A stretch of DNA of 24,615 bases, taken from positions 1 to 24,615 of the IMG/VR virus record IMGVR_UViG_3300033067_000529; one strand, written 5' to 3'. This DNA comes from a virus (Duplodnaviria > Caudoviricetes). A model generated the notes under the pieces. The model did no database searches. It was not told the DNA's origin and saw only the letters and a list, made by a program, of their open reading frames with translations. Of this stretch, positions 16,392-24,534 are shown piece by piece (within the stretch, counting starts at the first letter, position 1; the number at the start of each line of letters is the position of its first letter). Position numbers and translations under genes: made by a program.

Positions 16392-18385
16392 TGGCATACG
16401 GACTAAAATATCAAGCTGAATTTAAAAACATACCGCTGCCGGGTGGCACAGAGTTGCCGTATCGCGTAGAGATACTTCAAAAAGATTACGCCGGGGGTTT
16501 TTCAACAATCACACTTTCAGGTACACCATGCTTACCGTCCTACCAAACGGATGATATCAGGGCTCCGATAGCAGGCTTTGGCGGTACTCTGAGTATTATT
16601 AATTCAGGGCCGATACCACTGACTTCTTTTTATTCAGTGAATGACGATGAGTGGCAGGTGATATTTTACCAGGGTTCAAATGTATTGGGTGTATTCTACG
16701 TAATACAGGACGATAGTAACGAATTAATGGTTGATTTCGCCCATGATATTACTATCCAGTATAATGATAATCTCGGTCTACTTAAAGATGTTGCGTTCAA
16801 CAAAAACACCACAGTAATTACAGATTATTACGCACGAAATTCACTCGCAGCATGTATTCATCAGTGTCTTAAAAACACGAACCTTTCGCTTGTTACGAAT
16901 GTATTTGTGAATATGTGGGAGAATAGAATGAGCGAGGCTGACAGTTTATTTCCGCAGACTTATATTGACCTGCAAACATTTATTTCAGGTGAGGTTTTTA
17001 TGAGTTGTTACGATGTACTTACCAGGATACTTGACCGGTTCAACTGCTCATTGTTTCAAGCAGGTGGCACGTGGAACATTGTAAGGTGGGATGAACTTAG
17101 GGGCTTAACAACAATACATTCGTTCATCTATAATTCAGATTGGGTGCTCACCGGTTCAGGCTTGCTCGATACACCGTTTGTTGCATCTGCGAATATACCA
17201 GGCGCTACAGTGCCTGATTCCGTACCTGAGTTTGGACTGCGTAGGCAGGGAATAAGACCGTTTCTGTTTGACAAGGAAACTTTTAACTACGTACAACCGA
17301 AATACTTACTAAAAAACTATGATCTGCAAACATTAGGTGCGCTGATCAGGACTTACGTAGTTGATGTGCGTACGTTCTCTGAGTATGTTGCTATCGGTTG
17401 GCTCGGTGGTTGGACAACAAACACCGCAGAGAGATTTATACGGGTGGTTACGGATACTTTAGGTAATGAGCTTGACCGGTATTTGGTAGTAAGAAATACA
17501 ACTACCGATTCAGCACGTTCTGTATTGGGTACTCCGTTTGAAGTGAGCAAGGGTGATAAGGTTAAATTCTCTTTTTCTGTTCGTACAAATATTTCACAGG
17601 GCGGATCATTGACAATAATTTTTGCGCTTGGTTTATACAACGGCACTACCGTTCGTTATGTTGATGAGAATCCTGCGGGTAATGGTGCGTGGATACCGAA
17701 TATTGGATTTAATTACACCTACCCCTCAGGTGATAACACGGATATAATACATAGTGTCGAAATACCCTCAGGTCAAATACCGTTTGACGGGCTTATTTAT
17801 CCGTACCTGGCTGAAGTAACACAAGGCACTCAGAACTCCTCCAAAGAAACCCACTACAAGGATATTCGTATGGAATATACCCCATACATCAATGACAGTA
17901 CGAAGATAATTGGCCATATTCATAAAGACATTCAGACTGACCCCGCAGCAGCAGACACAAAGAACAATGAGGATATTACCGTGTTTATGGATGACAGTCC
18001 TCGTAATTCAATACAGGGTACATTGTTTTTATCCACGTTTACTGGGCTAATACAGAATCGTACAGCATTATGGCACAGGGCCGGTTACACTGAGGCGCTA
18101 AAGATCGGGCAGATAATGACAACCGAAACCCTGCAATGGAGATCTATACCACGAACAAAGCTTGAAGGAGATTTCAGAGGACTTGTGCAATCGAATATAC
18201 ATTTGAGTCGGCTGACGGTGCTTAAATTTACATATCTTAATCCGTTACGATTTATCTTTGGTATCTTAGAGTATAATTACAGAGAGAATAAGTGGCACTG
18301 TACGGCGTGGGAATTAACCGGGCAGAATGATGAACCGGCAGTACCGAATGATTATACGTTCACTTATATTTATGCAACACAATGA
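16391..18385 (+). CDS. Tail tip / baseplate hub-like structural protein
   Basis: 664-aa beta-rich protein directly after TMP. MAYGLKY start and SCYDVL..IL..FNC.LFQ..G.W.I motif. Confidence 0.65.
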   Translation: MAYGLKYQAEFKNIPLPGGTELPYRVEILQKDYAGGFSTITLSGTPCLPSYQTDDIRAPIAGFGGTLSIINSGPIPLTSFYSVNDDEWQVIFYQGSNVLGVFYVIQDDSNELMVDFAHDITIQYNDNLGLLKDVAFNKNTTVITDYYARNSLAACIHQCLKNTNLSLVTNVFVNMWENRMSEADSLFPQTYIDLQTFISGEVFMSCYDVLTRILDRFNCSLFQAGGTWNIVRWDELRGLTTIHSFIYNSDWVLTGSGLLDTPFVASANIPGATVPDSVPEFGLRRQGIRPFLFDKETFNYVQPKYLLKNYDLQTLGALIRTYVVDVRTFSEYVAIGWLGGWTTNTAERFIRVVTDTLGNELDRYLVVRNTTTDSARSVLGTPFEVSKGDKVKFSFSVRTNISQGGSLTIIFALGLYNGTTVRYVDENPAGNGAWIPNIGFNYTYPSGDNTDIIHSVEIPSGQIPFDGLIYPYLAEVTQGTQNSSKETHYKDIRMEYTPYINDSTKIIGHIHKDIQTDPAAADTKNNEDITVFMDDSPRNSIQGTLFLSTFTGLIQNRTALWHRAGYTEALKIGQIMTTETLQWRSIPRTKLEGDFRGLVQSNIHLSRLTVLKFTYLNPLRFIFGILEYNYRENKWHCTAWELTGQNDEPAVPNDYTFTYIYATQ

Positions 18386-19056
18386 GTTTAATCAACGGCA
18401 TAAACACAATACTTGCGTTCTTTGAGAACGGGCAGTGGTACCCTTATGCCTGCGCCCGTAGTTCGACAGTGCAGGTTGATGTAGAAACCATTGAGACAAG
18501 CGTATCCGGTTCCGGTACCTGGCAAACAAATATGCCAACAAAGCGTAAATTCTCGGGCAATTTCGAGGGGCTTGTCGCATTGAGTAATGTTGCAGTTCTC
18601 AGTGCTGCGGATCTTACGGCCCGGATGATAGCCGGTACAGAGATGTTATTCAGGCACCAGGTAGTGGCTCAGGATGGATCTGTTTATACAGAACAGGGTT
18701 ATATATACTTCACCGGTAGGCCATTAACTTCAAGTTTTGATAATGTAGTAACCTTCAGTATGAACTTCATCGGCAATGGCGAATTAACACAAGTTTTCAC
18801 ACCAATAGTACAACCTACTCCGATTATGTACCGATTTGAATATACCGCTTCAGGCGGTGAGTCCGGCTTCAGTGATGCCGCGCTCATAAATAAAGACATT
18901 CAGCACGTCAGCAAGGATGGTATCGAAAATGCAAAGATTGTCACCGGTGCACCGGGCAGCAAAGAGGTAAGATATAATGCATCAGTCGGGCAGTTTACGT
19001 GGGCTGTTGAATTTGAACCTGGTGAGATCGCTGTCATTAACTATCAAAATTTATAA
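18382..19056 (+). CDS. Second tail-tube-like protein with C-terminal extension
   Basis: INGINTIL, ACARSSTV...ETIETS..GSGTW, FSGNFEGLV and TFSMNFIGNGEL fit the TP901-1-like tube pattern, plus an extra ~80-aa domain. Confidence 0.6.
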   Translation: MSLINGINTILAFFENGQWYPYACARSSTVQVDVETIETSVSGSGTWQTNMPTKRKFSGNFEGLVALSNVAVLSAADLTARMIAGTEMLFRHQVVAQDGSVYTEQGYIYFTGRPLTSSFDNVVTFSMNFIGNGELTQVFTPIVQPTPIMYRFEYTASGGESGFSDAALINKDIQHVSKDGIENAKIVTGAPGSKEVRYNASVGQFTWAVEFEPGEIAVINYQNL

Positions 19057-19058
19057 CT

Positions 19059-21653
19059 ATGAAATGGATATTGTTTTTTTTAGTACTGATAACGGGTTCT
19101 GCGGTGGCGCAAACACCCATCACATATACACCATTTAATGGCGGCTACCAGTATATGTATCTGAAAGCAGATAGCGGCTTAAAAGTACCATATATTGATA
19201 CAGCAATAAGGCGCGGCGGGGTTCGTCCTGGTTCAATCGTATGCCGACCAGCAGATAGTTTATTCTACGGTTGGAATGGCCGTAAATGGGCTGTAATGGG
19301 AGCAGATGTTGCCAGCCTGATCACACTTATAAACCAGAAAGTAGATAGCGTTACGGTCTCCGGTGATACCTTATACTACTGGAAACTTGGTGTTTCATAC
19401 GGATATGTATTACCTACTACGGGTTGGAAACTTACCGGGAATACCGGGTGCGATGGATGTATATTCGGTACTACTCAGCCATACCCAGTTAGGACATACA
19501 CAAATAACGTACAAAGAGAAATCATTGATACCAATGGAAACCACGGTATTCATAATGCGAATCCAGATGCAATACTTGATATTGTTTCAACTACAAGTGG
19601 GGTATTGATACCACGTATGACAACTACACAGCGTAATGCCATCAGCAGTCCACCTACGGCGCTGTTGATATACAATACTACCAATGATGAGTTTAACTAC
19701 TACAACGGTTCATCATGGGTACTTATTGAACCAGGTACCAATGTGAACGTATATAATTCCGATGGTACACTTTCAAGTACCCGGACACTTACCAGGGGTG
19801 GGTATTCATTCTCAATTACAGATGGTTTGAATAGTCCGGGGTTCTTTGCAAATGGTACATGGGCCAGCACTCATTACAGGAAAACAGGGAATGAATTTTA
19901 TTCGGCTTTTGTGGCAAAACAGGATAGTGCCGTGATATATGCTGAAGGAATACCCACGATAATCATAAAAGATTCAGCAATAAGAATACCGTATATCCCG
20001 GATGGCGCAGGGAATAAGGCTGTAAGGTGGAATAGAAGTACACAGACATTAGTTCTGGCTGATACAACAGCAACCTCCACCCCTACACTTCAGCAGGTAT
20101 TCAACACAGAAACAGGCGGTAGCGTTTTGACAAAGAATGATACCATCGCTGGTGGCGGCTTTAACTGGCGGATGATTAATATGGGTATTACATCTATTGC
20201 CCAGAACGCTAAAACAGCGGTTACCGGGGCAAACGGTACGGCCAATGTTTCGCCGTTGGTTGTTACCGGAGGAGCGGGAGGAGCAACATCATACTCAACA
20301 GGGACGGTTATCGGTGGGGCAGCGGGAGAGATAACTATCACTGGAGGTACGGGAGGCGCAATCACAGGAACACCAACAACGGGAATAGGCGGCACAGGTG
20401 GAGGGTTAACATTACTGGCTGGCGATGGTGGCGCAGGTACAACCAATGGCGGTGTAGGCGGTTATGTAGAGGTTCAGGGCGGCACAGGAGGTAATGGTAC
20501 AAGCGGAGGAACTGCCGGGTATTCGGCATTAAAAGGAGGGAATGCCGGGAGTACTGGAAATGCGGGAGGTGGTAATGTTTTTATTGTGCCGGGAATAGGA
20601 AATGGTACAGGCAAAAGCGGTACAACTTTTATAGGAGTTTCCCCATCTTATACAATCAGTGGAAATACCGTTATCGGTAATACAAGCGACAATTACACCA
20701 ACTTATTGCAGGTTAATGGCTCAGTCAATATCAATAAAGATTCCCTTGCAATAACAACCGGGAAGAAGTGGAAGGTAATGATTGATACCGCTACGGGTAA
20801 CTTGGTGAGGGATAGTACGACTGGGGTAACAGGTACAGGTACTAATAACTATATTTCAAAATGGAATAACGCAGGAGGAACTACTCTTGGTAACTCACAG
20901 ATATTTGATAACGGTACTAATGTGGGGTTTAATACGGCAACACCTTCTTTCCTTTTAGATGTTAATGGTGTAGCAAGAATAAGAGGAACGAATATGCTTG
21001 TATTTGGTGATGCAAGTGGTACATATAAGTACACAAATATTTACGGAGAAACAGGACAGAACGGTATTGTTTACAATGCTTATGCTCAACATACTTTTAC
21101 AACCGGAACAAATGCTGCAGGTGCTGGATCAACAAAATTTAGATTAACCACATCGGATGCAAACTTCGCTACTAACGTAATCGCCACTACTGATAATACT
21201 TACGATATTGGAGCAAGCGGAGCAACCCGTTTTAGAGATTTATTCTTAGGTCGTAACGCTGTCATGGGTGGTAGTTTAACAATTAACGGTGCAATTTCAT
21301 TAGGCGCATCTCAATACATACAATGGTCTGGTAGGTCTTATATACAGAGTAACGCAGATACTAAGCTTACACTTTACGGTAATTCGGGAAACTTCAGTGA
21401 ATTACAATTAGGTGGAATATCGTCTTTTTATCCTGAATTAAGAGTAAACGGCACAGGCATAGATTTTAAACTCGCTGATAATAGTGCTTATACAGGCATA
21501 CAATCACTATACGATAGATTCGGAAGCGGAAGCCCTGAAAGTGTTGTTACTGCTCCCGTAGGCACAACTTATCATAGAACTGATGGTGGTGCAGGAACTT
21601 CGCTTTACGTTAAAGAATCAGGAACAGGTAATACCGGATGGGTAGCTAAATAA
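19059..21653 (+). CDS. Tail fibre/spike-like protein with N-terminal Sec signal peptide
   Basis: MKWILFFLVLITGSAVA|Q signal. LDIVSTTSGVLIPRMTTTQRNAI module, Gly-rich repeats, and C-terminal GSGSPESVVTAPVG..Y.RTDGGAGTSLYVKESGTGNTGWVAK typical of fibre/spike ends. Confidence 0.7.
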   Translation: MKWILFFLVLITGSAVAQTPITYTPFNGGYQYMYLKADSGLKVPYIDTAIRRGGVRPGSIVCRPADSLFYGWNGRKWAVMGADVASLITLINQKVDSVTVSGDTLYYWKLGVSYGYVLPTTGWKLTGNTGCDGCIFGTTQPYPVRTYTNNVQREIIDTNGNHGIHNANPDAILDIVSTTSGVLIPRMTTTQRNAISSPPTALLIYNTTNDEFNYYNGSSWVLIEPGTNVNVYNSDGTLSSTRTLTRGGYSFSITDGLNSPGFFANGTWASTHYRKTGNEFYSAFVAKQDSAVIYAEGIPTIIIKDSAIRIPYIPDGAGNKAVRWNRSTQTLVLADTTATSTPTLQQVFNTETGGSVLTKNDTIAGGGFNWRMINMGITSIAQNAKTAVTGANGTANVSPLVVTGGAGGATSYSTGTVIGGAAGEITITGGTGGAITGTPTTGIGGTGGGLTLLAGDGGAGTTNGGVGGYVEVQGGTGGNGTSGGTAGYSALKGGNAGSTGNAGGGNVFIVPGIGNGTGKSGTTFIGVSPSYTISGNTVIGNTSDNYTNLLQVNGSVNINKDSLAITTGKKWKVMIDTATGNLVRDSTTGVTGTGTNNYISKWNNAGGTTLGNSQIFDNGTNVGFNTATPSFLLDVNGVARIRGTNMLVFGDASGTYKYTNIYGETGQNGIVYNAYAQHTFTTGTNAAGAGSTKFRLTTSDANFATNVIATTDNTYDIGASGATRFRDLFLGRNAVMGGSLTINGAISLGASQYIQWSGRSYIQSNADTKLTLYGNSGNFSELQLGGISSFYPELRVNGTGIDFKLADNSAYTGIQSLYDRFGSGSPESVVTAPVGTTYHRTDGGAGTSLYVKESGTGNTGWVAK

Positions 21654-21722
21654 CTTAAACACTAACCCTCCTTCAATATTTAAAAAAAAGGACTAAGGAA
21701 ACAGGATAATAAAAACTAAATA

Positions 21723-21977
21723 ATGGAACCACAGACAGACAGGGAATGGATAATGCAGGTAGACGGTAAGGTTGACCGGATGTGCGAGGCGGTAGAACGC
21801 CTTGCTGAAGCAGTTGAGAAATTTGAAACAACAAAATACCAGGATCACGAAAATAGAATAGCTGCTTTAGAGAAAAAAGAGAATGAAAGGAATGGTATGT
21901 ATAAATTTTTTATCGCAATAGTTACTGCTTTAGGCGCAATATCAACGTACATTTTAATACGAATAAATTCAAAATAA
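21723..21977 (+). CDS. Coiled-coil plus C-terminal TM protein (XhlA-like / holin-associated)
   Basis: HENRIAALE coiled coil followed by one TM helix, at the start of the lysis cassette. Confidence 0.55.
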   Translation: MEPQTDREWIMQVDGKVDRMCEAVERLAEAVEKFETTKYQDHENRIAALEKKENERNGMYKFFIAIVTALGAISTYILIRINSK

Positions 21978-22189
21978 TGGACTACACCCCGTTGTATATC
22001 GGTACATGCGCAATGATTATTTTGGCAATAACGATTATTCTTATCACCCTGTACTCTGCTCATCAGATTAAAGGGTTCAAAGAATTCGCCAATAGTCGCG
22101 ATGAGCATTATATGAATCGTATAGACGGGCTTGAAGCCATCATGCGCACAGAATTCAAAGCAATGGTAGAAACACTTAAAAAATTATAA
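21977..22189 (+). CDS. Single-TM membrane protein
   Basis: N-terminal hydrophobic helix, TAATG-coupled to the upstream gene. Confidence 0.55.
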   Translation: MDYTPLYIGTCAMIILAITIILITLYSAHQIKGFKEFANSRDEHYMNRIDGLEAIMRTEFKAMVETLKKL

Positions 22190-22191
22190 CC

Positions 22192-22614
22192 ATGTTTACT
22201 TATTTAATCGCCGGGCTTCTCGGCCTATTATTCGTAACCCTTGCAAAAGCAAGGTCATTGAAAAAAGATTTTGCCGTAGCAAACCAGCCATTCGTCTGGG
22301 CGAAGTTCTGGGGTGGTGAATCCATCGGTATTGCCATGTCAGTCATCGTCATTGTATTGATGGCGCTTACAATAAACGAATGGCTTCATATCAAGCCGGT
22401 ACTTGAAGATTATGTAACGATAATATTCGCCCTTGGCGGCGCAATCGGATCCTGGGCCTTTATGTTATTCCTTGGTAGTTCAAAGAAGTACATCCGCCGG
22501 ATCGTGGATGAAAAGACCAACATCGCCGACGGGGTAGGCAGTCTTAAAGGATCTTCGTATACAGCCCCCAATGACGCTGAACAACAAAACAGGACACACC
22601 ATGATAACGCCTAA
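22192..22614 (+). CDS. Holin-like protein (3 predicted TM helices)
   Basis: Three hydrophobic segments and a charged C-tail (KKYIRRIVDEK), upstream of the spanin and lysin. Confidence 0.6.
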   Translation: MFTYLIAGLLGLLFVTLAKARSLKKDFAVANQPFVWAKFWGGESIGIAMSVIVIVLMALTINEWLHIKPVLEDYVTIIFALGGAIGSWAFMLFLGSSKKYIRRIVDEKTNIADGVGSLKGSSYTAPNDAEQQNRTHHDNA

Positions 22615-23134
22615 AATGTTACGCTGGATCCTGGTATTGCTTGCCGGGTTCCTGATACTTTGCGCCATACTGCTTTCCTGTACTTCTGCAAAGAAGATGG
22701 TAGAGAAAGCCTACGCAAAGGACCCTAATGCTGTGGCAGAGATTGCCAGGGATAAATTTCCGTGTACGGTCCTGTTAAAGACCGATACCACTACAATGGT
22801 ACGGGATAGCGTAGTATTTATCGACTGTCCGGAGCAACCGATACAACCGGGGCAGATATTCCATGATACCCTAATAAATGTGGTTTCTGGCGGTGTCAGG
22901 ACTGTCCGGGTGCCGGTACACCTACCGATAGAGATTAAGTATGTCAACCGGTATTTTGAGGATAGCGCTAAAATACGATTAATCACCGCTGACCGGGACA
23001 AGTGGGCCGGTAAGGTTGACCGGCTTGAAGGTAGCCTGGCATGGTACCGTAAATGGTTCTGGTGGTTATTAGTGCTTCTTATTGGCTCACTTGGTTGGAA
23101 TTTTAGGAAACTTATATTTAAAACTATTGCATGA
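22601..23134 (+). CDS. Putative unimolecular spanin (lipoprotein with C-terminal TM)
   Basis: Lipobox LLSC after a hydrophobic signal and C-terminal TM WFWWLLVLLIGSLGW followed by basic residues. The start at 22601 is likelier than 22571. Confidence 0.6.
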   Translation: MITPKMLRWILVLLAGFLILCAILLSCTSAKKMVEKAYAKDPNAVAEIARDKFPCTVLLKTDTTTMVRDSVVFIDCPEQPIQPGQIFHDTLINVVSGGVRTVRVPVHLPIEIKYVNRYFEDSAKIRLITADRDKWAGKVDRLEGSLAWYRKWFWWLLVLLIGSLGWNFRKLIFKTIA

Positions 23135-23718
23135 AATCTTACAAAGACATATCCTTCCCAGGCAGCACCTTCCCGGATGATCCGTACCGGCATATACCAG
23201 TAAAAATTGATCAGCATATACTTGACCAGTATATACCAGCCATGCCACCGATGGCAAAAGGTCTTAAGTTATTACTTATCGCCATGACTGATATGGAAGG
23301 ATTCAGGCCTGGTTCAAAGTCTTACCGGACAAATAACCCGGGTAATGTAGGAAATACCGACAGTGGGGCTACAAATGGATTCCCAACGCTATCTGCTGGA
23401 ATCACAGCACAAGCAGCTTTTATTCAGGCAATAGCTGCGGGAAAAAAGAAATACTACCCGTTGGGTAAACAGGTAGTATTAAAGCCGGACTGGAGTGAAG
23501 AGGTTGATAATAATAAGAAATTATACGGCCGACCAGACGGCTGGCTGCCAGGTTACTCATTTACATACGTAGGTCAACTTGATCAACTTTTAAAGATCTA
23601 CAGCACCGGCGCCCGGTTTACAAATGTGTATGTAAATCAAATTGTATCGTACTTCGCTGATAATGGTATTCTGATAACACCTACAAGCACCCTGGCTGAA
23701 ATCATTGCAATTCAATAG
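23131..23718 (+). CDS. Putative endolysin, lysozyme-like fold
   Basis: MEGF..GSKSYRTNNPGNV and FPTLSAG motifs. It is the last gene of the lysis cassette. Confidence 0.6.
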   Translation: MKSYKDISFPGSTFPDDPYRHIPVKIDQHILDQYIPAMPPMAKGLKLLLIAMTDMEGFRPGSKSYRTNNPGNVGNTDSGATNGFPTLSAGITAQAAFIQAIAAGKKKYYPLGKQVVLKPDWSEEVDNNKKLYGRPDGWLPGYSFTYVGQLDQLLKIYSTGARFTNVYVNQIVSYFADNGILITPTSTLAEIIAIQ

Positions 23719-23769
23719 CCTCACCCCTTAATCACCATCACCTGTTTTCCTTTTTTGGAGGGGGAATAT

Positions 23770-23797
23770 AAAAAACGGGGACACTTTCGCTGTCCCC
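23770..23797 (-). terminator. Rho-independent terminator of the tmRNA gene
   Basis: Minus strand GGGGACA-GCGAAAG-TGTCCCC-G-TTTTTT. Confidence 0.85.
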
Positions 23798-23806
23798 AAT
23801 CTCGTG

Positions 23807-23854
23807 TTATGCAACCGCTTTTAAAGCAGGTGTAAACATTGGCACAATTTTGCC
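23807..23854 (-). other. tmRNA tag reading frame (A)GKIVPMFTPALKAVA*
   Basis: GGC resume codon after ATAACAAAC, 15 codons and TAA, with a hydrophobic Ala-terminal end. Confidence 0.75.
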
Positions 23855-24042
23855 GTTTGTTATTTCTGATAATCTATTATTATCTACTACTTGCTGTCAA
23901 ATCCGGTCAACCCCATTTATGCCCCGAAGGGCAACTGTACTAAAGCGACAGGTTAGCTTTTAAATGGATTCTGTGGAGTTGAGGGGAATCGAACCCCTGT
24001 CCAAACAAGCGTCTAATAATCGTCAAACAATTATCATTATCG

Positions 24043-24070
24043 TAAAATTAAGAACTTTTTATGAGTACAA
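24043..24070 (-). promoter_or_regulatory. Putative promoter of the tmRNA
   Basis: TTG (24070-24068), 17 nt, then TAATTTTA (24050-24043), the same -7 variant as before terS. Confidence 0.5.
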
Positions 24071-24164
24071 TTTGTTTTCCTTTCATCTCTGCTCCCTGTG
24101 ATTGAATTTTCCCCAGAACATCAACTATCAATGCCTCTTTGTGGTTAAGGGTTATTTTTTGCAT
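24048..24164 (-). CDS. Possible 38-aa protein (MQKITLNHKEALIVDVLGKIQSQGAEMKGKQIVLIKSS)
   Basis: ATG with A-rich upstream context, filling the gap before the tmRNA. Confidence 0.4.
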   Translation of the reverse strand: MQKITLNHKEALIVDVLGKIQSQGAEMKGKQIVLIKSS

Positions 24165-24220
24165 GGCTCTTTATTTTACCCACTATGCTTTATTGCAAGT
24201 GGGGAGTGAGGGGAATTATT

Positions 24221-24529
24221 TTATTCAGTTTGAGCGATTAGCGATAAGTCCTGACCACAATATTGTATCAGGTTACAAATCTGCGGACGGCTATCAATGT
24301 ATTTCATCAATGTGCAGTCTTTAGAATGGAACCAACTTGTACCATACCACGGCTGATAATGCTCCTCACAAACCTTGCAATCGCATTCAACCTTTCCGAT
24401 TTTATGCCGCCACTTGAAATCAAATCGAACAATAATTTTATACCCGTTATCAACCCAGTTCTTAGGTTTTCGTTTTGACAATTTATTGAAGTTGCCGCTT
24501 ATGTGCGCCCCGTTAAAATATGCTCCCAT
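24221..24529 (-). CDS. Hypothetical protein with Cys/His cluster (CDCKVC..H..C)
   Basis: 102-aa ORF with an A-rich start context and possible Zn ligands. Confidence 0.6.
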   Translation of the reverse strand: MGAYFNGAHISGNFNKLSKRKPKNWVDNGYKIIVRFDFKWRHKIGKVECDCKVCEEHYQPWYGTSWFHSKDCTLMKYIDSRPQICNLIQYCGQDLSLIAQTE

Positions 24530-24534
24530 AACTT

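Larger units (their letters stand above)
23770..24040 (-). ncRNA. ssrA: Circularly permuted (two-piece) tmRNA
   Basis: The acceptor piece comes first (~24040-23974: ...GGAC AGGGG TTCGATT CCCCT CAACTCC A). An intervening sequence follows at 23973-23915. The coding piece starts GGGGTTG ACCGGATTTGAC at 23914. The acceptor stem has G3-U70, helix 2 pairs across the two pieces, and the tag ORF is at 23854-23807. Confidence 0.88.

Noticed and set aside
23971-24005. tRNA gene or attP-type 3' fragment of host ssrA/tRNA
   Set aside because: There is no anticodon or D arm upstream. The matching 5' half with a complementary acceptor stem, a tag and a terminator lies downstream, so this is a whole permuted gene. 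No integrase is nearby.
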